Of a stretch of 64,000 nucleotides of DNA, positions 39,096 through 53,726 are shown in pieces (position 1 is the stretch's first letter; every line of letters begins with the position of its first letter). A program made the position numbers and the translations under genes. The DNA is taken from NCBI GenBank assembly GCA_050575255.1, contig JBNZDD010013635.1, positions 3,136,358-3,200,357 of the forward strand. Reading direction: 5' to 3'. The DNA comes from Harriotta raleighana (lineage: Eukaryota). Below the pieces are notes generated by a model, which was given only the letters and a program-made list of their open reading frames with translations, was not told where the DNA came from and searched no databases.

Positions 39096-40536
39096 CTGAA
39101 ACCAAACCAAAAGTGCAACATTTGTGAAGCAAATGAAATGGGGTTTCCACAGGTTTGGTGGGTAAAGATCCTCTTAGTATTTCAGGTAGATTGTTCCTCT
39201 TCCACTTCACACGTTTGGGAAGAATAAAAGTGGGATAAAAACATGCTTATTATTTGCACTCCATTCCTCGAGGGATGTATAGCATCCTGTGAAACTCTGT
39301 GAAGCAGATTGCCTAGAAATACTGCTTTAAATATCCGTTGAACCAAACTTACATTTCAAATGAAGTGAGAGAAAGTACAGAAATAAGGGTACAAAAGTCC
39401 CACAGAACCAATGCGATGGATCAGCACCTATAAAATAATACAGCAGTGCAATTCAACTCCTTCGAAGAAGAGAGATGAATGTTCATGAAACCTCTTTGCA
39501 AGTGGTTTTTTTTAAAAAAAAAAAGGATGGTGAACCCACATTAAAGAAAATAACACGAGGGGAATGTTAGTTCCACAATTTTACATAATATACGTTTGAC
39601 AGCTATAAAATCAACTGAGGATGATTAGCAACATGGACACTGTGACTCCACCATCTGAGTGCGATAAGGCTTGCTGGTTGATGGATGTCGAATATACCCT
39701 CCTGCAGAATGTAATTGTTTATATTTTTATACTGTCTTGTCAATCGCAGATCTAGTGTGCTAGGCTGCTCCACTGCTGCAGAATAGAACATTCAGTGCTG
39801 GCTGACACTCAGGGATGTCATATTGTGGAACATCTGAAATAAATTTATCCTTTTCCTGTGACAATCACAATAGTGCCATAGAGAAACAAAAAGACTGAGG
39901 GGAATGACTTCTACTAAGTGGAGATGTGTGGGCAAGTAGGTTTTAGGATCAAGACAATTGGGCATCTTAAACTTTAACCCAAATTGTGAGTTTCTGAAAC
40001 AGTAAGATGTCAGCACATGGGACTACTATTGTGTAGTTACAATTTTTGTTTCCATGGTAGTTACTGCATCATTTAATCAACCTTTCTTAGATTTCCTGGG
40101 ATCCAGAGAAGGGATCCTTAAAGTGAATCTTGACCTGAGCACCAGGCTAGTCTCCCAAGCTCCATGGACAACACAGAGACAAGTGCTGTATCTACTGAGA
40201 TTGCAAGGAAAAGGGGTTGGGACAGTGGTGGTGGTGGTGGTAGTTGTAGTGTGAGGAGAGGTAAATCAGGGATGGGTGAGAAAAATATGTCCAATGCTTG
40301 GATCACAATCTGGCATATGCTAAAATGCTGAGATTGGCGAGACAAAAAGTGAAGGGGAAAAAAAAAGTGAAGGATAGACAGCAGATTCAACCTTTTACTA
40401 TATACAGTAGTTGGGAGTGAAAGGGAGGTCACTTAAGAAGCAATGATAAGGAATCTAGAGTCATCAAAAGAGATAAGACTGAGACAAAGAATGCCTAAGC
40501 AAGATACAATGTTCTCATGAAGAAGGGTGGATGAGA

Positions 40537-41330
40537 ACAACAACCACAAAACAAAGATTACACTTGTACAGTGCCTTTCAAGTCAGGAGGACATCCCAAG
40601 GCACTGGATAGTCATTGTTTCAGAGCCGAGCTGGAGACAGGGAGGGTGGAGGGAAAGGGGGGGATTTGGGGCGACCAATGGGACAGTTGAAGAGAAGGGT
40701 CATGAGGCGGTACTTGAAGGAGGCCAGGGAAGGGGCGAGGTAGAAGAATGGAGTTGCAGAGGTTGGGGGCAGAATGATTAAAGGCTTGCCCACTAATGGT
40801 GGGGCAGGTGAGACGGGGGACACGGAGCAGGCTAAAGCCTGTTGAGCATCGGGGGTGGGCAGGTTGGTAGGGGGTTAGGAGGACATGGATGTTGGGTGGG
40901 GTAGGGATGTGGAGAGCTTTAATATGAGGACCAGGATCTTGAATTGGATCCTCTGGATAATGGGGAGCCAATGGAGTTGGGCGAGGATGGGGAAAGACGG
41001 GGTCACAGAGCTTGGAGCGGTAGACGACACAGGCAGCAAAGTTCTGGATTATCTGCAACTCGTGGAGAGAGTAATTGGGAAGGCCGACAAGCAGGGCATT
41101 TCCTTAGTCAAGCCGAGATGTAATGAAGGGATGAATGAGGGTTTTGGTGGCCCTGGGGATAAGATAATGGCGGAGTTGGACAATATTGCGGAGTTGAGGG
41201 AAGGCAGAGCAAGTCATCGCTTGGATTTGGGAGGGGAAAGACAGTTGAGGATCGAACAAGACATCTAGGTTCCTGACTTGGGGAGATAGAGTGAGTAACC
41301 ATGGAGGTTCATGCTGCCAGCGCCTGATGC
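40537..41330 (-). mobile_element. 5'-truncated L2 LINE
   Basis: VRNLDVLFDPQLSF..KTLIHPFITSRLD and QIIQNFAACV; tail as in the 8725 copy. Confidence 0.88.
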
Positions 41331-42122
41331 AACAATGATACAATTGAAATAACATCTGTAAGTCTTTGGATTTCCAAAGGCCAAAACCTGAGATGGCAAG
41401 AACGTTCGGAGAAAAGTATTGAGTACAATTCCTATAGGCCTTATAATATAATGAGACATGGGGATTGGAGCATAAATTAATGTGGAAAGTAGGCACATCA
41501 TTCTGTAGCCAGGCAACCTCACACTGCAGCCCAAAGTTACCACAACTTTGGAATCTCGCTTTACGTCAGGGCACTGCAGGTACTCTCCAAGTCACAGGTA
41601 CTGACTTGCCACATGATGGAAACATCTGTTTGGAAGCTGGTGAGCACTCACAAGAAAAAACGCAAATTGCTAATCAAAGTCCATTAGGTGTTAATCAGCC
41701 TACCATTATGCACAGCAGATCAAGAAAATAAATCATTTTAAGCCCATTCTATCACTGAGAGCTCCAGAAAGAAAAAAGAGATTTAAAAAAAAAAGGTACA
41801 AGCTTTGCTTCACTGACAGAGGCAACAGAAGTCACATGCGGTGAATGGGCATCTTTAGGATTAGAAATTTAGTGAAGGAGTCCAGCACACAAAACAACAG
41901 AGGGGGTGAAAAAAGTTACGACACCCGAAGCCATCCTCAGCAGGTTGCAAATGTTAATAGTACTGTAGCAGTAGTAGTGAAGGATACAGGTTACGGTTTT
42001 ATTTGACATTTGACCAATGAATTCATTCAAATTTGATATTTGATCAATGGCGATTTTATACCAAAATTTACATTTTCTAAACAGACCAAGGTAGAATTTA
42101 GCGGACAGCGAGTCCGAATTTA

Positions 42123-42434
<312 letters not shown>

Positions 42435-42599
42435 TCAAATGGAATTAAGAATGTCAGCTATGCCATCTGGCTGGTATAAAATGATCATTACATGACACTT
42501 TACCTTCTGATGTGAATTAAAAAATATATACACAGGTTTCTTTAATCTGAACAAAGTTAAGGCCACTCAGGAATGGGCTGTGGTTCCCCGCTTTTTACA

Positions 42600-42955
42600 C
42601 CCAGTCTCGCTTTACAGCACAGACTCGATGAGCCGCATGGCCTCCTTTTGTGCCGTAAGATTCATCTATCTATGATTCTATCCATATATGATTCTATCCA
42701 TCTATGATTCTATCCATCTATCTATGATTCTACCTATCTATCTATGATTCTATCTACCTACCTACCTATCTATCTATGATTCTACCTATGATTCAATCTA
42801 TCTATCTCTCTCTCTCTCTCTATCTAACTAACTAGAGAGNTGATTCTATCTACCTACCTACCTACCTATCTATCTATGATTCTACCTATGATTCTACCTA
42901 CGATTCAATCTATCTATCTCTCTCTCTCTCTCTATCTAACTAACTAGAGAGAGAT
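42600..42955 (+). repeat. CR1 3' end with an expanded (CTATGATT)/(CTAT)/(CTAC)/(CT) microsatellite tail
   Basis: GACTCGATGAGCCGCATGGCCTCCTTTTGTGCCGTAAGATT followed by CTATGATT repeats. Partly duplicated around the N at 42840. Confidence 0.75.
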
Positions 42956-43294
42956 AGTCATACTTATTCCCGATTAGTATTTTTTGGTGCCTCCTCAGAA
43001 TAATGCTATCAGCACATGCCCAAATCCCTTACAAGTATATCTAGCAGTCAGTCAGGGCTGGAGTTTGAACTTTGATCCCACCAGCAAAATAATCTTATTC
43101 ACCACACAAACCTTTTCAGATGGTACTTCTTAAAATTGGGTTGAGAGGGCATCAATTGTCAAAATCAGCCTCCCTGAAATACAATGCTAAAATCAAGTGC
43201 CCCAATTATTGTAACTAATGGTTCAAAGCACTATTTAACGTCTAAAGTCATTTTTTTCCTCAGTGAATATAAAAATCCTATAGAGAGCAATACA

Positions 43295-43872
43295 CAGTAA
43301 AAGCCCGTTCATCTGTGACTCAATGAACCGGAAAACCCGTTGAACCGGCACCTCAAAAAGAATCCCGATTCGATAAACCGGAAGTAATCCGGCAGAATAG
43401 TGATGATGCATTTAATGAATTGATTGCCGTACCCGTGTACTGTGCACGTATATCGGCTGGCGCTGCTGCCGTTTTAAAAAAAAGTCGCACTGCCATTTTG
43501 TTTTCCTCCCGTGGCGGCCATTGCAGAAGTAGAAATAATAAAATACCAATACAATATTTTGTTATTATAGTATCTGCTATTAGTGTATTTAGTCTATTAT
43601 TTTTATAGTAGTGTACAATATTTACAATAAAGTAGCCATACAATATTCTGTTATTACTGTATTTACTCTATTATTTATATGGTACAGTGTACAACATTTA
43701 CAATAAAATATCCGTACAACATTGTTATTATCTGTTAGTATTTAGTCTATTATTAATATGGTATGTGTCAAAATAATTGTAATTTTTTTTTTTTTTAAAA
43801 GCGCTCCACCGGAAAGCCATTTAACCAGCACTGGCCAGGTCACTTGGGGGCCGGATAAACGGGCTTTTACTG
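43295..43872. mobile_element. Non-autonomous Tc1/mariner (Tigger/pogo-like) DNA transposon, 578 bp
   Basis: Terminal inverted repeats CAGTAAAAGCCCGTTCATCTG and CGGATAAACGGGCTTTTACTG (19/21 match). TA flanks the right end and CA the left. No transposase ORF. Confidence 0.85.
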
Positions 43873-44179
43873 TACTTCCCAGCAGCTGGCGACACACACT
43901 GCCGGAGGTTTGGGGGCAGTTCAGGCACCAATCTTCTCCATTACATCGTCCCATTTATCCCAACTACTCTTCCTAACAATATTTTAAATGTGTCACTCCG
44001 CACATTCTTTGTCCTACCTGCACCCTCATGAAATTGAGATCAAGATGCATTGCAGTATAAATCACTCATTTTTCATCACGTTTAGCTCTTACCTCCTTCA
44101 ATATTCTCTTTCTAATCAATTTAGACATTTATACAATGCATTTGATATAGCACATCTTTGAGTCAAAACTGAATTACAT

Positions 44180-44530
44180 TTGTAAACACTTACATCTTAC
44201 ATTTACACTCTTCACATCAGGAGGATGTCACAAGGTGCTGGACAGTCAAAGAATAGGACTCGCTGCTGCAAGCGCTTCACAGAGTATTACTGTAAAGTGA
44301 ACTGATTGTACATTTTGTGGATGAAACGTGGCAGCTGATTGTGGATAGCAATGTCCCACAAACAGACGTGGATTGAGTGAAAAAATTATTTAAGCGATCA
44401 TTACTCCTGGAAATGTGATGATAGGCATGTGGAGTAAGGAAACTTGCCTAAGGTTTCTCCGTCTGGGAATTTAATCCAGATCCCTTTCGCTTGTGAGGCG
44501 AGCGCACCAACCAATACACTACAGGATTCC
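44180..44530 (-). mobile_element. Short L2 tail (44180-44250) abutting a SINE (44270-44530)
   Basis: TTCACATCAGGAGGATGTCACAAGGTGCTGGACAGTCA, then a reversed SINE body and head. Confidence 0.75.
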
Positions 44531-45029
44531 ATTTGCTTAAGAACTACTGTGGCTTGATTTAATATTGAGAGAGCATCAAGTTGCCTATTCTCCCTTGTTC
44601 ATCTCAACCTCAGCCTCGCTGCTGTACCGTACTACACTCCAGGCCTCGCTCAGCTGCTCATCTTGATTTCTCCATTCACAGCTGCTGCTCAAGGCTGAAG
44701 CCATGAAATAAAATTACTGCATCAAAAATGGGTTAATCCGCCAGCGTTCACACTTTGCTGCAAGCATCCTCTGGTAAATCTACCCTGATCAGGGCAGGAT
44801 CAGAGATAGTGATAGTTGCAATTTTCACTAAAGTCAAACTTTAAACAAATCTATTAGAAATAAGGCTTTAATCTGCAGATGAAGGAAACCCTCAAGAAAG
44901 GGGCCCAAACACACATTGGTCGGCTTATCTTAGTTGGCAGCATTTTTACATCTGGGTCTGAAGATTGTGGGGACTTTTAATGTACAAGGCAGTGTGTTAC
45001 AGGGTGGTGGGGTGATTGCTACACTGAGA

Positions 45030-45305
45030 AATTACAGTCTTTTCCAATGAGACCTTAAACCAAGGTTCCATCTGCTTCTTCAGTTCAGGTGGACTTAAGA
45101 AAGTCACATAATTCTAATTGCGAAGCTATTTTTCCTGATCAACAATCTTCCAATTAATTTAAGCAATTTACTTCATTGCTTTATGTGGGATCTCTAGCAT
45201 GCAAATGAGCTACTGTGCGTGTCACTAGGCCTCCAAGCAATTACTTGAAAAGCATTTGGAGAGATTTTTTGTTATTGTGCTCTATCGAGTACAAGGATTA
45301 TTCTT
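45030..45305 (+). mobile_element. Old Deu-domain SINE relic
   Basis: ATGAGACCTTAAACCAAGGTTCCATCTGC..CAGGTGGAC..CATTGCTTTATGTGGGATCT..GCAAATGAGCTAC; related to 17725. Confidence 0.6.
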
Positions 45306-48300
45306 TGATATTTGTTGCCCTCTAAAATCTTTAGTGTCCAATTAAAGTTGTGGGAGGTATTTGAATATCACAGCAGGATTTACATTTAGCCTTTAATCAA
45401 CTGAAGAACTATAATGAGAATTAACCATCCTTATAGAACTTCTTGAGAATTCAGTGGCATTAATAACATGACAATATGCCTTATAATACTATATCCCTGT
45501 GGAGGGGAGGAGGCCAGGGTTAAGATGTGATGACTGATTATACAGCATTTTGTATTCAATTGTTTATCTCCTCAGTGAAGTACTTTTACTCCGGAAATTG
45601 TCGCCTGTGGGGGTGAAGTGCACGATAGGGCAGGTTTAGATGTAGACATTAATTGGCTGAATGGCCTTTTCTTGTTCTGCGCTGTCTTGCAATGTGTGAA
45701 ATGATCCACACGAGGTGATCAGCACTTGCTGAATTACTACCAGATGTTTAGGGTGCAGTGGATTTCTGGCAAATACTAACCTCAGTGTATATTACAGGAA
45801 CTGAAACTTCAAACGTTTCTCTAGTTCTTTGGGGTAAAGCTGTAATAGTGCAACATATTGATTTCCACAAGTAATATGAAATATTAGAAGAGAAAAATGC
45901 CTGACAGCATTATCACAGACTTTTATGTCCATGGATTATAATTAAACCCAGTCACAACAGAATTCCAAGACCGATTAGGTTAAAGGGAATGTGGGAAAAT
46001 ACCTGAAGTAGAAAATAGCCTTACAAAGAACAACAGTGTGTTATTAATTATTAGCTAGATTGTAGGTGTGATTGCAATGGAAATCCTGTACACAAAGGCT
46101 CCAGTCTCACCAGGTGCTGTTGTCTTAGAAAGTAGCTGTTGATTAACACTTCCCCGGTCCTTCTGTCAATCACTCACTTAAAACAGAATGATAGTGGAGC
46201 ATTTATATTACAGCACATGTTTTGTGTCAAGTTGGAGTTAAAAATTTGCCATTCAGATCGAAAGGTAGCTGAGTGTTACCAGCTGCTTTAGGTAGAACCA
46301 TACTGGGGGCCCTAATATAATATGGATAGCATGCTTTCACTTCCTGTAATGCCATCCTTAACATGACAGCACTGGGGATATAAAGCTGTCTCTGTCCATT
46401 TGCTGTCAATCACTGGGTATGGAACAGCATTTTGATCGTAACTTCTCATTTTATTCATAGTCAGGGACAACTCATCACACGGGATACTTGATTCCGGGAT
46501 TACTGAAATCTCAATATATTCTTCGCAACACGCATGTTCGAACAACAAATTAAGACTTATTTCCATTGAAAAGTAATAATGCATCGAGCTTTCAAGAGGA
46601 CTGCTAGTCAAGTCAAAAAGATGAATATGTTCCCTAAAATGGCATGTTGGCCAGAAATGATCTATAGCGTAATATTGTTTTAATTTCACTGGAGAAACGA
46701 TCCAAGGTGACAACTGCGAGTTATAAGGATGCAAGGTGACTGAACTATTTTTTAAAATGTGAAATACTTAGGTAGCAGTGATATTAATAGTTTGAAATTG
46801 GTGGTTCCAATTTCTTTGTTGATTTGGTTTAAATCTACTTAAGAGACTGAATCATTGTTCCTTAACATTTCATGGAATAGTTATGAAGTAATGCTTTTTT
46901 AATTAACTGGATATTTAAAAAAAATTATGATTCACCATGACAAGGCAGGTGGCAGAGTCATAGAAGTGTAGACAAAAATGCACTGGGCAAAATACAGCTA
47001 TAATGCTAATTCAGACACTTTTACAGTCTGCTGGATCCAGACATCCGACAGCCTGCTCTTCCCCCATTCTACCTACCCATGTTCTCCTTGCCAGAAATGG
47101 ACTCTGAACCGATGAAGGGCTGTTGGCATTGCATACTGCATCAACAGATTATAACTGGAAATCTTCCGTACATTTTATTGCAAACTATATTTAAAATGCC
47201 TGCTTCTGTTTCTATTTGTCCATTCAAGAAAATGAGAACTGACAGCCCTCTGAACCATCCAACTGCCACTTGTTAAACATAGCAATATCTCAAGTTGCTG
47301 AGCCATGCTAACATTAAAGAATATTGTCCTCGTTTCAGCAGCTCTTCATGTCAACTCAGCTTAAATGTCAGAGATCTGCTTGTTATCTGCTTCCATTACA
47401 TTTATTTTTTCAGTCTGTGGGAAAAGTTCTGAATCAGATATCTCCCGTTTCACTGTTACTCAGTCTAACGTTTCACTCAGCAGCCAGCCCACAGGTTTGC
47501 AATGACTTCTGAGTGCTTGATTGAGTTTCCTCGGGTATTTGTAATAAGTGCAGAAAAAGAAAAAGTACTTCATTCTGGGGAACTCTGAAAGTTCACTTTG
47601 AATGCACAAAGGAGATGATGGGATTTGCGCAACAAGGTTCTTGTGGCCTCACTCTGTATTTACCTTCATAGTTTCATGCCATGTATGCTTGGCATACTGG
47701 CTTGACAATCTACAGTACCTCTAGCCCTTCAACTTGACTGGTAGGATCAGCACAACAATATGTACTGTCTTCCATTTCTGATAGAACAATCTGCTGCACA
47801 TCAGCAACATTTGGAATTAATTAAAAGAAACAATAGGGAAAATTGAAGAGACCTTCACAACATTGGGTCAATCTGTTGGGGGTCAATAAAATGAACTATA
47901 TTTACCCTCAACTTGAAAAGACAAGTTACACATCAGTTTGGAGCAGTTTCTACCAAATCCAGTTGGACACACTGTTCTTATAGTAGGTTACCAGATAGAT
48001 GCAAGGCAAACATGTCTGTTATCTGCCACATCCTCAAAGATCATACTGGCTGTACCAGTGACATTTCAGCTTCACCCACCGACCATGCGTATGGTATCAG
48101 AACGTGAAGCATTAGTGCCACCTATTGGGCAAAGTGCTGTGGTCCACAACCTTTGGAATGGGTTAAGGTTNTTCAAACTGTCCTCATGTAAAACCTATTT
48201 AGAGGCTGACAGAGGAGGGATTTGTTTTTCTTCCATTTGGTCATCTAGATTCACACCAAGCCCACAGATGATAAGCNCTCAAACTGTCCTCATGTAAAAT

Positions 48301-49849
48301 CTATTTAGAGGCTGACAGAGGAGGGATTTGATTTCTTCCATTTGGTCATCTAGATTCACACCAAGCCCACAGATGATAAGCAATGTACTTAACTTCTGGA
48401 CCACCCAATATCTCTCACGTGCTTTCCTAAGAGATGTGAGAGCAAACCTGTTAGTGACTTACTCTCCTACTCTCCCTTCTCCCAATAGAAGTTGTACTTT
48501 CTCATCTTCCTTCCCACCTGACTGATGCGAGTTAAGGAATCAGGCTTGTGATTCAGCAGTCTAGGTCATGGCAACATTCTAATGAATATCATCAACTTAG
48601 GGTGGCCTAAATGTGCAATTTCACACAAACGTCTCCCTATTTCAGCTGTAGGTATTTAAATAGATGCTTTTTACCCAACTGGTAAATGTAAATTGGCAAA
48701 CAAGTGTTTAGTTCTGTTGATCGCAGATTTTCCCTCACTGTGTAATGAAAAGAATGACTGACTGCAGTTTTTCTAGTCCAGTGAATGCACAGCAAGCAAA
48801 AAATGCCAGCAATACGAATAGCGAAGCACAAAAGGTGCACATGATCTGTATCATTGACCTTGATTGCCAATGGTTTGCAAAACAAAACCTACACATGGGG
48901 TGGCCGAGCAGAGGAAAGGGTGAAGAGCAACCAGTATCACTGTTACATTTCTGCCCAATTTACTCCACTCTATTCGCTCCGCTGCAGGTAATTGACTTTG
49001 TTGGAAATTCTCATTGGGGTAGAGGCAATGGACAATGCTAGGAGGCAATGGACATTCCTGGAATTCAAATAAAATTTAAGATTTACAGCTTTAAAATTTT
49101 TCTTGAGGAGATAATAATACCGATTGATTAAGAAATACCACCGATTGATTGGACTATCTCAGGAACTGTATAATCCGATGTATAAAACACATCTGTCATT
49201 CAGTTCTAAGAATCGACAAGTATTTGCTATAACGCAACCTCACATAGATATCTTTGCTTCAAACCTGAAACTATTTTAAAATCTGATCTGAGAGGTAACA
49301 GAGGGACCCACAGTCACTATTTGTTTGCTCTGTCTCTCTTGCTCTACTTTCTCACAGTACTTTACTCATAGTGGTTTTCTACCCTGCACTCTATCAATAA
49401 ATGTTGGCCTGACCTTTAAATGTGTGCACATGATGGACAATCTATCACAAGAAATATAAAATCAATAGTCTCTCAGGTGCTTTCCACATATTACACATCC
49501 TGCTCTGTGCTGTGATTGCTGGCTATCCTCTCACTATTCTCTTAAAGTAACTGTATTTTAGGGCCTCCTGCATCAAAACCTCTTTCAGCCACCGGGAAAG
49601 GGCTTACTTTCAGATTTACTTGATGCTTTTGTGAACAGGTCCATTGCTTTTAAAGCATGTCTGAATTAACCTTTCACTTGTCAGAATGAATTCTGAAAGG
49701 TAAGGAAATGAATTCCGAAAGGCAACTGAATACATGTTTGATCAAAGGAAAGAGTCAGATGACGGTGAGAAGGAAGATTTGCCACAAATCTCAAAGGATC
49801 AGGTATGAATATATTAGGAAGTATTGGACAAGAAAACTTATATAATAAT

Positions 49850-50015
49850 AAAAAATAATCCCTGCATTTGATACAGTGCTTTTCACATCTTCTAAATGTC
49901 TCAAAGCGCTTTACAGAATATCCTGTTTGTGAATGAAATGATTGAAATGACCAAATTATTGCTTATTTGAGGAATTATTATTAGGAATGTGGAGTAAGGA
50001 AACTTGCCCAATGTT
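49850..50015 (-). mobile_element. SINE copy with an internal deletion
   Basis: The tail and TGTGGAGTAAGGAAACTTGCCCAA are present; the core is missing. Confidence 0.75.
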
Positions 50016-52649
50016 TTGCTCTTCAGAGAAAAATTGTTGTAATCATGATGCAGAACCAATAGAGGGGAAGAGGAGCCCAAACATAAAATAAGCAAATCCA
50101 TATTATGATGAAGTGTGTTATAACAGAGTGTTCTTGTGGTTTTTTTGGTCAACTATCTATATTGGTAGATTGTTTTGCATGTGTTGCCACTCTTTTACTA
50201 AAACAAAATCACTTTTGCATTCAATATTTGCTATTGTCATTTCTATTTAAAAGCTACAAGTGCCTGTTCTCAAGCTTCTACAGGGCAAGTAGTTATCTGC
50301 CCCCAAATGCTCATGGAGTCATTTTAAAAACCTCTATAGAGATCTTTAAAGACCTCTATCATGGACATCAACTCGGTCCTCATAGGCGCCACACATAAAT
50401 CTAGCCTTATTATAGTTTGTCCTCTTGTCTATTCTCCAGAGAAAATGCTGTGCAGGAATATACAACCATTTCCCAAAGGTCAAGTCGGGCTCCAGAGCAG
50501 GCATCCATCAGCTTCGCACGATCCTTCATCACTGTGCAAACTGTCATCGGGACATTTCAGCCCATCATCAATCCCCACATAATAGTGGCTCACTGAAGTA
50601 AGACCAGTTTAATTAAAATACGTTTCTCACTATGTAATTTGAATTACTCAGTTCCTTGCGTGTCAGGTTCTCAGTTTCTACAGCACTCAACGTTAACGGG
50701 AGTGAAGGATGTACTTACTACTGTGCTGGACTGTCTTGGGACAGTGCGCTCAGAATAAATGATCTGACTTTGCATTTTAACTTCTGTAATGACTTCAAAA
50801 ATGACCTCAAGTTCACAACAGAAAATGAAACATTTGATTATACTTCTATCTGGATGACATTTTTTAACCTTTTGAGGCAACTTTTACATTATGGCGTTTC
50901 TCTGTGTTTTGATGTCTGCATATCTCCCATGGTCTCTAGTGTCACAGGTTAACACGGTAGCTGAAGCATCCACAGATCTGCCTGAGAAATTTGGGGTATG
51001 GGTGTGTGGGAATTAAGATGAGGTTATGCAAACTCGTAATGTTGTGCCTGCTAACGTTGCACTAATCCGTATAAAACAATGCACCCAAGTCTCGGAAATA
51101 AGTCCTTTTCTTATTTCAATCATTAATCGTTAAATATAATCAGTTTCCGCCTCTCCCAAATCAAATGCATAAAAATCAGAAAGGAACAAACAGCCTGTTC
51201 AAAGTGGATTAGCTTTCAGACAACAGTACCTGCATCACTGTCACCAGTGACATGTGTGTGCATAAACCAGATGAAGCAACCTTTAAAATTATACAGGGAC
51301 TGACATGTGGGTCCGCATGGCTAGTCTCTGTCAGTGCTTCACCCACAGAGGCATTCAGTTTGTGTCATCCCACAACCCATCAGAGACAGCTGACACAGTA
51401 CTCTCTCAACACTCTCTGCCTGTGTGCCCGCATGTGTGTGTGTGTGTCTGTTTCTACTCATTGCTCCTTCCACAGATCAATACATTGATTGGTTTGTTTC
51501 AGTTTCCAAGTCCCAGGACAGCTAGCTTCCTATTTGTTGAAAGTATTGCACACCACTTTGCAGAGAAGTGTTCCCAAGACAGTGAGCATCACAATAAATT
51601 AAAGAGAACAACACTCTTTTGGAATCATGAACCAAGTATTTGTGTAGGAGATATCCGTTTCCTAGCTTGAACACTCCACACCCTGACATAATATAAAAGT
51701 GAAGAAAGCATCTATAATTCAGCTGCCGAACCATAGGATGCAACACAGTGAGAAATCCCCAGACCATCTTGCAAGCTTCCAGCACATATTGGGAGTGAGA
51801 TTTTCCCCACACCTATATATTCTATTACATTCACAATGATTCAGAGCTCAAACCCAAACAACTGGCAGATTGCCTTAGTTTTGTAAGCTATTTCTGACCA
51901 CGAGCCCAGATCTAGCCTGCGTTGTGGTGTATTGTTCCAATATAGAGCACTGGCAAAGCAAGCTGATAAATTTGCCATATCCTCAGCCAAATGTGGTTTT
52001 GCAGTGTTCCAAACTATTGCTAGAAAAGAGGTCCAGGAATACTTGGGGAAGTGGGAATCAGAGGAACGGAGAAAGATAAACTAATGTCACTATTTTATTG
52101 CAAACTTCAAGCTTTACCATAGGGTTTGTGAAGGACTGCGAATGCAGATTAGCTCCTACACATTGCGCATTAGAAACTTTCAACATAATGAGGCAAGGAA
52201 TTATTATAAATGTAAAAGTATTATAAGAGCCCAGACACAGTAACACAAAACTAGCATTATTCCCAGAACAAATGGAGTGCTGGAAATCTTAAGAGACCGA
52301 TGCTAAATGAATAATAATGTCCTCAAAATTTATTCTGGTATTGAAGCCTTCAATGTAAACTGTGTCCTGCTCCGTCCTTGCGCCTATCATTGCAGCTTTA
52401 GAGATCACATTTCAACATGATATTCCACTCGGAGGCTTCTCAAACCCCTATACCAGCAGGATTTTTTAAGAGCACCGCAGATGTTGATTTATCTCAGTTC
52501 CTGTTAGGATCAGTAGATAAAATCAAGTTATGAATTTCTGTACCAAATGTATCTAATTTCCAAGCAAATGACCAAACAGTTCGATAGAAACAAAAAGAAA
52601 ACATACACGGGCGAGAACGGCACCAAATCAGGATTGAACTTTAACTGTT

Positions 52650-53726
52650 TTGTACAGTTGAATGTCAACAAGACTAAGGACCTCCTGATTGGCTTGGCGC
52701 TAGTGCCTCCGCACCTCAAGCATCATCCTCCATGGATGCACACACCACCTCACTGAGCCAGTCAGGAACCTAGGTGTCTTATTAGATCCGCAACTGTCTA
52801 TTCTCCCCCATATCCACGCCATGACCTGCTCTACATTCCCTCACCTCCCCAACATCACCCGACTGTCCCACTACCTTACCCCTCAGGCTCCTGAAACTCT
52901 CATTCATGCTTTTATCAAGTCCAGGCTTGATTAAGCCAAAGCCCTGCTTGTCGGCCTTCCCAAATCCTCCCTCCATAGGCTGCAGATTATCCAGAACTCT
53001 GCAGCCCGTGTCCTCTCCCACACCAAGGTCCGCGACCCGTTCTCCCTTATTCTCGCCTGACTCCATTGGCTTCATATCATTCAGAGGATTCAAGAATTCT
53101 TGTCCTCACCTTTAAAGCCCTCCGTGGCTTTGCCCCACCCTACGTTTGTGATCTCCTCACGCCCNCAAGCACCGCGACCCTATCTCCCTTATTCTCGCCT
53201 GACTCCATTGGCTTCATATCATTCAGAGGATTCAAGAATTCTTGTCCTCACCTTTAAAGCCCTCCATGGCTTTGCCCCACCCTACGTTTGTGATCTCCTC
53301 ACGCCCTATCAACCTGTCTGCTCCCTCCGCTCAGCAGGCTCNATGGCTTTGCCCCACCCTACGAGATCACAAGATCTCCTCACGCCCTATCAACCTGTCT
53401 GCTCCCTCCGCTCAGCAGGCTCCGGTCTGCTCCATAACCCCCGACCTACCCACCCCACCATTGACCAGTGAGCCTTCAACTACTCTGTCAATAACCTTTG
53501 GAATTCCATCCAGCAAACCCTCCGCCTCACCCCCTTCTTAGCCTCCTTCGTCCCGCCTCAATATCATCCTCTTTGACCGTGCCGTCAGTCACCCCCTTTC
53601 CTCTCCATCTCCCCTATCCCGACTCCAGCTCTGGTCGAAAACACTGACTGCCCAGTGCTCGGAATGTCCTGCCGACATGAAAGGCACTATACTAATGCAA
53701 TTTTGTTGTTGTTATTGCTGTTGTTG
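52650..53726 (+). mobile_element. 5'-truncated L2 LINE with apparent assembly duplications
   Basis: QLNVNKTKDLLIG, ILVLTFKALHGFAPPY, and tail ATGAAAGGCACTATACTAATGCAATTTTGTTGTTGTT. Confidence 0.88.

Noticed and set aside
47950-48480. Possible old minus-strand LINE remnant (VKYIAYHL / LGVNLDD)
   Set aside because: Too degenerate to assign, and confounded by the N-flanked duplication.
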